Assembly (NCBI GenBank): GCA_965645245.1
Contig: OZ287069.1
Coordinates: 124,001 to 188,000 of the forward strand
DNA length: 64,000 nt
DNA from: Massalongia carnosa
Taxonomy: Eukaryota
Direction of reading: 5' to 3'
Shown: positions 1-11,149 of the stretch, one piece after another
How the letters are laid out: each line of letters begins with the position of its first letter
Position numbering within the stretch: the first letter of the stretch is position 1
Program-made: the position numbers and the translations under genes
The notes under the pieces: generated by a model
What the model was told of the DNA's origin: nothing
Database searches by the model: none
What the model saw: the letters and a program-made list of their open reading frames with translations, nothing else

Positions 1-269
1 TCTCTTCCTGTTTTTCAGAAAACCCATTCCACTGACTCAACGTTTTCGGGAAGTATTTCTTCGCAGGATTGGTAAGGCCTTTAGTCGTCAAACTTTTATC
101 GGTCTCGACGCGTAATGGTTTATGAAGATGTTCGTGGCAAGCCTGTAGAAATTCTTCGAAGGTTGTTCTCTGATTGCGCTGCCGCTCTTCTTGGGTTTCC
201 TCTTCCGCCTTCTGCCTGTCCTCTTCCGCCTTCTGCTTGTCCTCTTCCGCCTTCTGCTTGTCCTCTTCC
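1..269 (-). pseudogene. Fragment of a fungal protein with N-terminal coiled-coil repeats, cut by the Copia LTR; continues off the window
   Basis: Minus frame open 268->1: EEDKQKAEEDKQKAEEDRQKAEEETQEERQRNQRTTFEEFLQACHEHLHKPLRVETDKSLTTKGLTNPAKKYFPKTLSQWNGF. Resembles from memory a TE-associated fungal kinase-like family. Not in the ORF track (no start codon). Confidence 0.45.
199..269. repeat. 21-bp coding tandem repeat, about 3.4 copies
   Basis: cctcttccgccttctgc(c/t)tgt repeated; encodes EEDKQKA on the minus strand. Confidence 0.9.
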
Positions 270-461
270 TGTCAAATATATAAAGGTCAAAAGGCATAAT
301 CAGGGAATTGGGTAGATGTTGATTGTATTGTGGAGGATGTGGAAAAGTGGGAATCTATCTAAGGGGGGAGGCCACGTGTCTAGTCGGGCCGGAATAACCC
401 TTCGGATATATCATCCTGAGTTACCACTGATGTTTAGGATTAGTTATCCTATAATTTGACA
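270..461 (-). repeat. Copia 3' LTR (192 bp)
   Basis: TG...CA ends; direct repeat of 5484-5666/8862-8869 with about 4 differences; adjacent purine tract GAGGGGGTG on the minus strand. Confidence 0.95.
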
Positions 462-487
462 CACCCCCTCAGATCTAGAAACACCGT

Positions 488-3400
488 TTATAGATCTGGA
501 ATCAGTCCAGTATAATCCCTTATATTCCTTATCTTGATGCTTTGTCCTCTGAAACACGCCACCTGAACGCCCGATTGTGAATGCATTAGACGATTTTTCA
601 AACTTTCCATCTTTCGTATCGAGTCCAATCTTTCTGATATGTTCACCAATCCTATCAATCTTATGAATCCCTCATGCTTCTGCCTTGATAAGGCCTTCGT
701 CAATCCGTCCGCCGGCATCTTAGCTGTGGCCAACCATCTTATCGACACCCTACCGGCCTGATATTCCTGTCTCAACCAGTGATTATGTATGTCCACATGG
801 CGAAGCCGAGTTTGAAGCTTCATATCCTCACTAGTTATCAAGTTGATAGTCTGTTTGTTGTCGCAGTCGATGATCACCGGTTCCTCCAGTCTCACCTTGA
901 TGGCCTTTAACAGTCGTCTTAGATACATTGCTTCTTTGGTGGTGTCCGACAAGGCCAGCAATTCGGCCTCAGTGCTCGATGTGGTCACCGTCGCCTGTTT
1001 GCTTGCTTTCCATGCAACCGGTCCTCCGAACAGCGTCATTATATATCCTTGAGAACTTTTCCTATCCTTGTTGTCCGCGAAGGACGCGTCGCTAGCACAT
1101 AGGAACCGTTGTATCCCTTCCTCTTGTTTTCCTTCATATTGAATCGCCAGGGTTTTGGTGGCGTATAGGTATTCTAGGACTCGCATCGCTGCCTGGTGAT
1201 GTTCATCGGAAGGATTTATGGAGAATTGGGATAGTTTGGACACCGTGAATGCGATATCTGGTCTGGTGGTTATGGCTGCGAATAGGGCTGTTCCTATCCT
1301 TTGTTGATCTAAGTCAATGGACTGATGGGATGCTTTGTTTTCTGAGACTGTATATTGAGTTGATATCATAGGAGTATCTGGTAGTTTCTTATCTAGTTGA
1401 ACATCGAATTTATTAGCCATCTTATCAATATAGGCCTCTTGGGATAGCCATAGAAGTCGTTTAGACCTATCTCTTATGACTCTGATTCCTAAGAACCATT
1501 CGATTTCCCCCAGTGATTTCATGGTGTATATTGAACATAAATGCTCGATGGCTTTCAAGGCCTGACCCTCGATCGATTTGTGGTAACAAAATACCGTGTC
1601 ATCCACATAATAGAATGCTAGGATTCCGCCTCTCATCATTATACATGATTCTTGAGGTATGGCCCTAAATTCCATGGATTGAAATGTTTTTGACAGATGC
1701 TTCTGCCATAGATATGGTGACCGTCTCAGGCCGTAGAGTGCTTTTCTAAGTCTTAACACATATTTTTGTTTTAGACCACATCTCTGATTTAACCTCTTCC
1801 ACCTTTGAGCTTTACTGTCCGGAACTATACCGATTCAAGGGTGATCAGTCCTTGTCGACTAGTTCTCCAGAATGGTTTCTCACCTAGACTGGCCGCGTTT
1901 TCTCTTGGGTGTGAAGGCCTTCCTTTTACAGAAGTCATCATTTCACCAGGGGTCGCCGCTGTTTGGTCTTCTGATAGAGTCGTCCTCTTTTCAGTGCCCG
2001 CCCGCTCGACGGCGAATGCGAATGCCTACCTGTGAATGGATAATATGGTGGAATACGTATGTATACCACCTCGTCCAGCGGCCAGTTGACAAATGCATTT
2101 ACTGCATCGAGTTGTCTAGTTTCTAGATAATACTTCGCAACTAACGCCATCATGGACCTGAACGCTGAGCTGGCCAAAGTGGTCGCTCGTGTTGGTAGTT
2201 CCCCAACCTCTTGTTGATTCCCACATACTACTAATCTAGCTTTGCATTTTACCAAATAGCCATCACTGTCTGTCTTGTAGGTTAAAACCCACATGCAGTC
2301 CAGCACTTGATGTCTTATGGTATGCTTGCTTTCGACTAGTTCAAACGTCTCCATCTTCTCATGCTCACCGAGATGTTCTCTGATGGCATCGATGAAGTGA
2401 GACTCGAACATGTGACCCTCCAGGTCACGTATGGTTTTGGGAGGTGGGGGTAGATTCAACTTATGGAACTTACTGAACAACCGACCAGCGGCAAATGCCC
2501 CGAGTTCTGATTTTTGGATGCGTGGTGTTTCTTTATTGATATAGATATTATCGTCGAAGTCACATTGAGAGCAGCTTGCCTCATGTATATCTTCAATTTC
2601 TAACCGAGCATGAAGTGCCATGGCTAATTCGTCATCCTCATCTGGTGGTAGTGTTGGTAATCCACGTTCTTGTTCCTCTGCTTGGCGTAGATCCTCGATC
2701 AATTTGTCTGGTCTATCAAGCCTATCGACGTCAGATATATCCTCTGCTTCATCATTATGATACTCCAGTATCTCCACATCTTCCTCTAAGATACCTTCAT
2801 TTATTGCTTCAGCCACTGGCAACTCGATCCTATTTATGATGGTCTCTCTCTCTACTTCAGAGGTTCCTTCTTCGGGTAACTGTCCTTCGTAGAATCTGCA
2901 CTCATCGAATATCACGTCTCGTGTGGAGATGACACCATGTCTTTCTGGTATCCACACTCTAAAGATATTCGTCGATCGGTATCCTACCAGGTGTCCTATA
3001 TATGCACGGGGTTGGAGTTCCTGTCGTCTGTTCTTATGAAGTTGAGCGTCCTCAGTCATCGCATATGCTCTGCAGCCATAGGCCTTTAAATGGGCCAATT
3101 GAGGTTTGGTTTTGTAGAATGTTTCGTACGGTGATTTCCAGGACTGAGCCTCTCTAGGAGTCCTATTATGTAAATACGTTGACGCATCTATTACCTCCTT
3201 CCAGAGATTTGATGGTAACTTAGCTCCTATTGACATCGCCCTCGCCTTCGTCACTATCACACCCCCTGAACGTTCCGCTACACCATTTTGTGCTGCAGTT
3301 CTAGAAGCGGAAGGTTCGAATTCTATCCCTACCGATGACAACCACTTTTTGGTACGCTTTCTATTCAACTCCAAATCTGACCGTATCCTTTCTATCAGTA

Positions 3401-4346
3401 GGTTCCGTTGCTTGCACCAAGCCATTAGGTCTTTGAGAATCTTGAGGGTTTCTGACTCCTCTCCGTGTGTTGACATGAAATAAGGCATGACTAATCCAGT
3501 ATATTTGTCTGTGATAAACATTGTTCGTATAAAACCATCCATGGCCTTATCGAAATCCGTCCATCTATGTGCAGTTCCTGGAATGGCTTCGTCACTTTTC
3601 TATTTCCTGGCCGACGTGATATTTGTCTATGCATCTTTGCCAGACTACACGCCTCACACTGAGTGGTCGATGGCCCTAATAGTGTAACACCTAATGAGTT
3701 CTCTCCTAGTTTGTGAAGGCTTATTGGTCCAGGATGTCCCATACGACAATGCCAGATGAAGGCATCTATCTTCCTTTGAGGAGGATCTAGGTTTTCCTGA
3801 ACGCCGACGAAGTATTGGAGTTATTAGCAATGCGGCCTTACTAGATGAATCTGACCTTTGGAATGCAGGAAGTTCGTCAACTTGATGAATCAGACAAATT
3901 GTCCTTCGTCCTTTATTAGCCTTCTTGTATAGAACATTCCTTTCCGTGTCCCAGTATATATCTCTCTTTCTTAGTTGTTGAAACGACACTAGATTTACCA
4001 CGAAGTCCACACAATATGCCACGTTCGATAGTCTCATCACCCCCTCAGATTTATCTTCTCGGAGTATAGGTATTCTGACACTACCGTAACCAAGGATTAG
4101 AATCCTTGATGATCCGGCTTGTATGTATATGATCTTTGATGCTTTAGTGAAGTTCTGGAAACGAGCTATGTCATTGAAGACATGTATGGAGGCTCCGGAA
4201 TCTAGGATGTCGTCAGGCCATGAAGAAGGAAGTGATGTTTCTGATTGATGATTTAGAAGGAATGCAGCGTCTATTGATTCGTCTTGATTCTGATGATCCA
4301 CCGACGTTGATTCGTGAAGATCTTGGTGGTCCACCAACGATATTTG
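488..4346 (-). pseudogene. pol: Copia pol (protease, GAG-pre-integrase, integrase, RT, RNase H), in several frames
   Basis: ILDSGAS protease; GHPG...CEAC zinc finger; RSD...QNGVAER integrase; KARLV, QLDAVNAF, ALYGL, YVDD RT; SDASFAD, SSTEAE, DCDN, ADGLTK RNase H. Confidence 0.93.
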
Positions 4347-5399
4347 CTATGGTGGAATCTCCTCAACCTTCTTTTTATCCTTCCTTATCCTTTCGACTTC
4401 TTTTTTTAACTTCCTGTCCTTATCCACTCTATTGTTTACCTCTTTAGTTTTCCTTTTCCCTAGAGTGTAGTCATCTGGTTTACCTTCTGGGAATATAAAC
4501 CAACAGTTCTCGAGATCATGGCCTGGTCTTTCACACGCAGGGCATATCTTATCGTGCCTTTTCCCTCCACGGTGAGATTGTCCAGTTGTATTTGCCCTCT
4601 TTCTCTTAGTGGCTGTATTGGCTACTTCTTCTAGTAGGCCATCTTCGTCTTCGTCGTCCACTAACGTCTGGAACGCGGCTCCCCGGACCGTCTGCTTCAC
4701 TCCATCTCTCAAGTATTCTCGGATTTCTCTTAGGACTTCTGGATATTGCGATATGTCATTTCTTGCGGCGTCGTTGCCTCTGGATCGAAGTGCATAGGAT
4801 AGTTCTGGTGCGTGTGGTTTCATCCACGACGACATATTTCCAAGCCATATTCCGTGCTTGAACTCCGACAAATCGTGTTGTCGGGCCTTGGCTACTACCT
4901 TCTCCCACTTATCCAACCAGTCTAGTGGTTTCGCCTTCATCCTAAGCAACTTATCATATTTCTCCTTCGCCAACGCCATGGAATGTCCCGTCGGAGGTGC
5001 CATAAGGTTTCGTAAGATAATGAGACACTCCTTTACTGACATACTCGCTTTCAGGCTCGTTCGGTTTGTGATCGGAACTGTTTCTACTATGTGTTTTCTT
5101 ATCGTCGTCAACGAGGTTTCTTGTCTTATATAGTCTTTCTGATCCGACTCGTAATGTTTTCTTGCATTATCGAACATTCGCTGATTTGCGGCTGAGAGGT
5201 TTGTGTATAGTGTCTCTCCTTGTACTATGTCTGCTACTACCGACTTGTAGGGAGCTGCCGCAGGAAGCACAGTAGGTTGGTCTGGACCTGCCATATTCCA
5301 AAACTCGTTAGCTGATATCGTTTTCAATTCATCATACCACGTCTCCCTATCCTCTGATGTCTCGAGGATTGTCCTCATCGTTTTGGATTCTGCTGCCAT
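4347..5399 (-). CDS. gag: Copia Gag (350 aa)
   Basis: ORF after the PBS with CPACERPGHDLENC zinc knuckle; ends in a TAG in frame with pol. Confidence 0.88.
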   Translation of the reverse strand: MAAESKTMRTILETSEDRETWYDELKTISANEFWNMAGPDQPTVLPAAAPYKSVVADIVQGETLYTNLSAANQRMFDNARKHYESDQKDYIRQETSLTTIRKHIVETVPITNRTSLKASMSVKECLIILRNLMAPPTGHSMALAKEKYDKLLRMKAKPLDWLDKWEKVVAKARQHDLSEFKHGIWLGNMSSWMKPHAPELSYALRSRGNDAARNDISQYPEVLREIREYLRDGVKQTVRGAAFQTLVDDEDEDGLLEEVANTATKRKRANTTGQSHRGGKRHDKICPACERPGHDLENCWFIFPEGKPDDYTLGKRKTKEVNNRVDKDRKLKKEVERIRKDKKKVEEIPP

Positions 5400-5470
5400 T
5401 TTCGCGATTGCTGTCTCGTTGAATTTAAGAATCTAATGCTCTTGACGATTTGCGGTGTCTTTACGACTAT

Positions 5471-5483
5471 CCGGGCTCATAAC
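5471..5483 (-). promoter_or_regulatory. Primer-binding site complementary to the tRNA-iMet anticodon stem-loop (Ty5/copia-type half-tRNA priming)
   Basis: Minus strand reads LTR-CA then GTTATGAGCCCGG. Confidence 0.8.
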
Positions 5484-5811
5484 TGTCAAATATATAAGGG
5501 TCAAAGGCATAATCAGGGAATTGGGTAGATGTTGATTGTATTGTGGAGGATGTGGAAAAGTGGGAATCTATCTAAGGGGGGAGGCCACGTGTCTAGTCGG
5601 GCCGGAATAACCCTTCTGATATATCATCCTGAGTTACCACTGATGTTTAGGATTAGTTATCTTATAGAAGAGTTGCGGGGGTAACCGCCCAAAAGGGGCA
5701 ACCGCCCAAAAGGGGCAACCGCCCAAAAGGGGCAACCGCCCAAAAAGTACCCCATTGCTCCTTTTTCATAATTTACTCAACAACCACACCATATAAATCG
5801 TTATAAAAACA

Positions 5812-6267
5812 ATGGATCGAAGCCTAGGCTCTGGGAGAGCAGAGATTGTCTGTTAGTATATCCCTTTTTCAGCTCTGGCGAGTGCTAAAAATCCAGAAGT
5901 CGTCCCATTCAATATCCCCGATTCGGTTTGTTTTGCACTCAACCACTAATACATCCTCAAATATCGCGAACCTACCTCTTCACACCATAGAACCGGTATC
6001 TCTCTATGCGAGGTCGATTCTACAAGCCATTTTGGGTGGATTTTGGTTCGGGACAGCCCAAAAATCGACTCTTGGATGCGGGCTGGAGTGGATATTTGGT
6101 GCGAATCGGATTATAAAAGTGATGCTCTTTGGTCAGAGCATGGATGCAGAGAGTGGTGGACAGGGTGCGTCCTTTGGTGGTGCCAGGACGAAGGAACAAG
6201 TGGAGGGAGTACTACGGAAGGAGACAGCCAAGAAGGCGGGCAGGAGGGGGAGGGTTCAAAAGCTTAA
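5812..6267 (+). CDS. Candidate small spliced gene (113 aa, Trp/Cys-rich) inside the pogo element
   Basis: Hand-built model with exons 5812-5847, 5897-5925 and 5991-6267; GT-AG introns of 49 and 65 bp with CTAA-type branch sites; TATA-like sequence near 5790. Confidence 0.3.
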
Positions 6268-6978
6268 GGCGTACCGAAGCTTTTGAGTGGCATTTGCAAT
6301 TCACTCTTTTGAACGATGGCGGAGGTACTTTTGGGGAGCTTTCCTAAGGAATTTGGTGTGTTTTTATCCAGAAATACTTGTTCGCCGTGAACGTCTTATG
6401 GCCACTTTATCTACCTACCTTCGCTCCTTCCTAATTTGACTTAAAGTTGGTTTAAAGTCTCACACTTATTTGATGTATTAAACCCGAGTGATATTCCCCG
6501 TTTTAAATAACCATGAAAAGGTACAAAGCTTTTAGTACAACTACAGGCGAAATCTAAGTACTACTAGCATTACAATTTGAAAAACCCCCACCGCCCACAA
6601 CCATCAATTGCCTTGTTAATTGCCCTTTGGTTCCCGTATAACTCTGGCCTTAATAACTCTGCCACGCGTACTCTTGAGTGGTTCTTTTGGAGCTTCCTCT
6701 TGGCCACCTTGCGGAGGGTCCACCGGCCCTGCCTGTACTCCTTTGCCCTTTAAAACCTGCCTTTCTCGTTGATTCCTTGGCCTTGGAGGCTTGCCTAGGG
6801 TCTTTCTGATGGGTGAGAACTCAATTTCGAGGCGCTCTCAAGCCGTAAACGTCTCCGTATCGGTAGGGTTAAGGAAGAGCTTGGCGATAGAGTTGATTAT
6901 GTGGTTTTGAGTGCCAACTTGGGTCTTCTTTGGCGATGGTGGTAGTGTAACAGCCTCCCCTCCACATAGTCGAGGCGT

Positions 6979-8706
6979 TCACGAGAGGAACTGCTTCCAA
7001 AGAGTCTTCTCTTGACGTTGGTTCGCTTTCTTCCATGACTCCCAAGCTTTGGCCTTCTTGGCCTGTCGTTTCTCCTGCTTTTCGGCCTCGATTCGCTCCG
7101 CCGTCTCCTTGTCCATAGCCTTGGCCTCTCCGTAGGCCTCATGACTTCTCCCTTTCTTCTTCCCCTTTTGCTTTCCAGCCTCTACGAGCTCCGTAATAGT
7201 TTGCCCCTGAATCGTACTTAGAGCCATCTTCTGGCCACATGCTTTAGCAAGCTTAAGGGCAACTTGCTCCCAGTAGTCAAACTCCGCTTGAACGCTAGCT
7301 AGCTTTGCTCCGGCCAAAAGCTTGTCGATGTCCACGATATTAGCAGGAGTAGCGCCCGAAAGGGGTACGAGAGCAGTTCCATCTCTAGTTGTTGGCCAGC
7401 TTCCACTTGTAGACGTCGCCGAGGTTGAAAGGAGGATGACTTTAAATTCATAATTGAGGGTCCAGAGCTTAGTATCGAAGAGGGTATTTGTTGAAGGACG
7501 ACAGACGGGTTGTAGGGCATATGGCCAGTAGCGTGCCACGCTTTAATGAGATTCTCTGGTGTAATAGGCTTTACTCGAGCTTCTTGAATTAGCTCTAGGA
7601 AGTCGACTTTTGATATTTGATATGTAATATTGAATCGACTCCATTCTCGAACCGCTGTCTTGTAGTGGTGAGCTAAAAGCCTAAATACCCCGACGTCGAG
7701 AGGCTGTACGAGGTGAGTAACGTGAGCTGGCAAGCAAAGACAGAGATTCTTATGCTCTAAACAAAAACCGGTAGCTTTCCCTGTAAGATGAGACCCATGG
7801 CCGTCGAATATAAGGAGTCTCCACTTGCTAGGAGTCGTTGGACGAGTCTCTGGTTCAAAGCACCGCTTTAACCACTCAAAACAAAACTCATTATCTGTCC
7901 AATCATTCTCCGAGACTGATATATGGCCGGTTTTAAAGGCGTCCCACCAAGCTTTCATATGTTGTTTGCCCTTGAATATAACCCATGGTTTAAGAGACCT
8001 CCCACTAAGCCCAATAGCTTCAATAAGAGTCACCCACTCTCGATTCCCACAAGCAGTCATGTACTGAGATATCTCCTTTTTGGGTATTATAACCCTTGTC
8101 TTGCTAATGGCCCCAATTGCAACTCCTTTCTCATCTATATTGTATTGGTTTTCGGTGTCAATATCGTACTGATCCACAGTATTCTTATAGAGCTCGAGGT
8201 AGCGTAGAATTTTAGCGGGATCTGTAGCTAGACTACGCTCTTTTTCGATAGGACTGACGAATTTTGACTTAAGGCTTGGTGTGACGGTCCATAAACTGCT
8301 GGATCCAGGTGTGCCCTAGGGGGTTCATGTCGCCCTTCGCTTGAAGGAGCTCGTACGCCATCTTTAGGAGCTGTTGATGGGTGGGTGGATATCCCCAGCT
8401 AGCTAGAACGACGATATAACTGACAAGAACGTTTTCCTCTAGCGGAGTGAGCTTTTGCATGGCTTGGTTGGCTGCTTTTTTTCGATATAGCACCATTTTT
8501 CGATTCCGTAAAGTCTCCCATACCACCCCTTCAAGCCTAGCTACTTCACGAAGACTTATAGGCTTATTAGAAGCTTGCCCAGTGGTCCAAATCTCTAGGG
8601 CACGCTCCATTCGAGTGTCGTAGTCGACGTCTGGTGGGGGAGCTATATCGTCAGGGTCGTCAAAGTACTCGGGGTTTGGACGTTTCGGCTTATAATCTCG
8701 AACCAT
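6979..8706 (-). pseudogene. pogo/Fot1 DDE transposase, frameshifted
   Basis: HTH/CENP-B-like N-terminus (8706-8269); YNIDEKG, LLIFDGHGSH, HLVQPLDVGVF motifs (8177-7299); basic C-terminus in another frame. Confidence 0.9.
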
Positions 8707-9544
8707 GATGATAGCTAATGTTGATAGAAAATTGATCGAATTTTCACCTGCAAAATCGTATGGAGAGTTTTCGGAAGTGGTTGATTTTCTATGATTTATT
8801 CACGATGGGGCATGTTTTGGGCGGTTGCCCCTTTTGGGCGGTTGCCCCCGCAACTCTTCTAATTTGACAGATGCTCTACTAAGCGATACCTCCCGACACG
8901 CTAAATGTTTTAGGTATCGCGTTAGCCTTAGTGGGGAGCTAACCGCATTCAGGTAAGGAAATGGGTTCCGGGAGTTACATGGAAAATCTCTGCAGCAATT
9001 GATGCTTTCTTCCTTGTGTTCGTCTTGTCTATCTAGTATAGTCATAGCTAGCAATGCTACCACCTTCACCACCTGAATAGGCCCCCCCGTTGCCGCCTCG
9101 TCACACTCGAGCTAATCGAGCTGATCGAGGTGGTGGAGATGTGTCAGGGTCCTGGCCTGACCCGACATGCTCTGGTGGTCACGGGACAGCGTGACTCGCC
9201 TAAGCAGTAGCGCGCGTCGCTTGACTGGCTAGCGCACCCACGGTAGATTATGTTTAGGAGTTCAGCGATGATTATTCTTTTCTTTCCTTCCTTGTAGTTA
9301 AATTCTAGTTCATAGCTACTGAATAATATCAGGGCAAGCTGCCTGACATAATTTAACTACCTTTAATGCTTATTAGTACTCTTCCAGTCTTCTAGAACTT
9401 TCAGCACATTTAGAAAGGGACAACGACCTGCTCCTTTAGCTTTCCAGAACGACCACTCGTGAGAATTCGAGCTGGTCCTCACTCCAGAACCTTTAGAACT
9501 TCCAGAATCGAAAGACAGAGCTCTTTCCCCTCCAGAACACAGTC

Positions 9545-11149
9545 ATGAGTTCGAAACCTCCCCTGACTGCTCGAAAGGCCGGCGCTCCTCGCGAAGACGC
9601 TCAAGCAGGCCCTGCTTTTAACACTCGCGCCCGTTCCATGTCCCGTCATTCGGCTCGCTCTGATAGTATGCCAGGGACGTTCGAAGACTCCGAGCTTACA
9701 CCCGGTGAGCAGATGGGAGACGAGACAGAATGCACACTAGAAAAGACCCCGAAGGCTGGGTCAGGAAATGAGAAGGAAGGGGCTCGCGAGATTGACATCT
9801 CGGAACATCCATACTACGAACGAGAAACTCGGAAACATCCCGCACGATACAAAATTCGCAACCTAGAAGACTTCCGAAATGCTGTCCTAGACGAGAACGA
9901 AGGTCCTCGTTGGTATGAGTTTTTGTCCAGAGCAATTCCCTATGACAAAATACTGTACGAAAAAAGCTTCGGGCTTCATGAGAAGCTTATCAAGACCAAG
10001 AAGCATTTAGAACAATATAAGCAGATTAATGACCGTTTCGCTGACGAAAAGGATGAAGACGAACGCCAAATCCTTCTTGCTCAGGAAGAGCTTTGGCATA
10101 AAGAAATTGAGTTGGAAGAAGCCCTCCAGGCCCAACAGGACTTACAGAAAGAGAAGGAGAATCTTGAGCGACGGCTAGCAGCTCCCGACTCCTCTTGTGG
10201 CCAACGGGAGGACACTGCTACAACCCAGAGCACCACTATAAATCCCCAGAACTGGCGTCCACGTGGCATTCACCCCAGCAAGCCTCTGAAAGGCGAAGAC
10301 GCTGAGGAATATAGTCCTTGGCAATACTCACTCCGAAACAAGCTAAAGACCGATTCTCCGCTTTACGCCAACGAGGGCGAAAAGGTCAGTTATGCTCTAT
10401 CGCAAATGGAAGCGCCTATCTTTGGGGCTATGCACTCCTCGGTCGTCGACATGGGCGACTCTCTCACCATTGACGCTCTGTTCGACGAGATCGAACATTA
10501 TATGGGCATACATCTCCAGAGTCGAGATGCCAAGAAAGAACTCATCACCATCACAATGAAAAGTCGTGAAAGTGTAAGCGAGTACTATCATCGAATTTTT
10601 AAGCTTTGGCAAAAGGCCAAAACCCCCATCGACGAGAGGATAGAGAAGTTTCTTGTAACATTGAAGCCAAACATCTCTAATTCACTGATGGATTCAGTTT
10701 TCACCGACTTTCGTCCCGTGCTCGACGAAGCTAGGAGAATCGAAGATCGACGCAAGGATGTCGCTCACTACTTTCCTCGGCCAGAGAAGTCTGGTCCGTC
10801 AAAGAACTCTGGTCGCGAAGGCAAGTCCTCGAGTGGACAAACCTCCATTTCCGATTCTCGTCAATCGAGTGCAAAAGAGAAGAAGTCGGGTGATCATCCA
10901 AACTCCAAGTTCAGCGCCACGATAGTCAAACCCGCTGGTTGGATAGGGGTTTGGTACGATCCTGACCCCAACCCCAAAAAGTTGGAGAAGGAAGAGCGAG
11001 AGACATTGTCGCGTCAGGGACGCTGTTGGGCATGTTGGGGGTCAGGTCATCGAGGAAACGACTCGATCTGCCCTCAATTTAAAGAAAAGAAGCTTAACAC
11101 TAAAAGAATTGTTGAGATAGACTCTGACTCCGAGTCGGGAAAAGCTTAG
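9545..11149 (+). CDS. gag: Gypsy Gag (534 aa)
   Basis: Retrotransposon gag-like MKSRESVSEYYHRIFKL; CWACWGSGHRGNDSIC knuckle; GGGAAAA before the stop (candidate -1 slippery site). Confidence 0.9.
   Translation: MSSKPPLTARKAGAPREDAQAGPAFNTRARSMSRHSARSDSMPGTFEDSELTPGEQMGDETECTLEKTPKAGSGNEKEGAREIDISEHPYYERETRKHPARYKIRNLEDFRNAVLDENEGPRWYEFLSRAIPYDKILYEKSFGLHEKLIKTKKHLEQYKQINDRFADEKDEDERQILLAQEELWHKEIELEEALQAQQDLQKEKENLERRLAAPDSSCGQREDTATTQSTTINPQNWRPRGIHPSKPLKGEDAEEYSPWQYSLRNKLKTDSPLYANEGEKVSYALSQMEAPIFGAMHSSVVDMGDSLTIDALFDEIEHYMGIHLQSRDAKKELITITMKSRESVSEYYHRIFKLWQKAKTPIDERIEKFLVTLKPNISNSLMDSVFTDFRPVLDEARRIEDRRKDVAHYFPRPEKSGPSKNSGREGKSSSGQTSISDSRQSSAKEKKSGDHPNSKFSATIVKPAGWIGVWYDPDPNPKKLEKEERETLSRQGRCWACWGSGHRGNDSICPQFKEKKLNTKRIVEIDSDSESGKA

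Larger units (their letters stand above)
5667..8859 (-). mobile_element. pogo/Fot1-family DNA transposon (3.2 kb) inserted in the Copia 5' LTR
   Basis: TIRs GAAGAGTTGCGGGGG(T/C)AACCGCCCAAAAGGGGCAACCGCCCAAAA; TA duplication at 5665-5666 and 8860-8861; 17-bp subterminal motif x4 at left and x2 at right; the LTR resumes at 8862. Confidence 0.93.
270..8869 (-). mobile_element. Ty1/Copia LTR retrotransposon, full length, pol frameshifted, 5' LTR interrupted by a pogo element
   Basis: LTRs TGTCAAA...TTTGACA at 270-461 and 5484-5666 plus 8862-8869; PPT at 462-470; PBS at 5471-5483; domain order gag-PR-IN-RT-RH. Confidence 0.95.
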
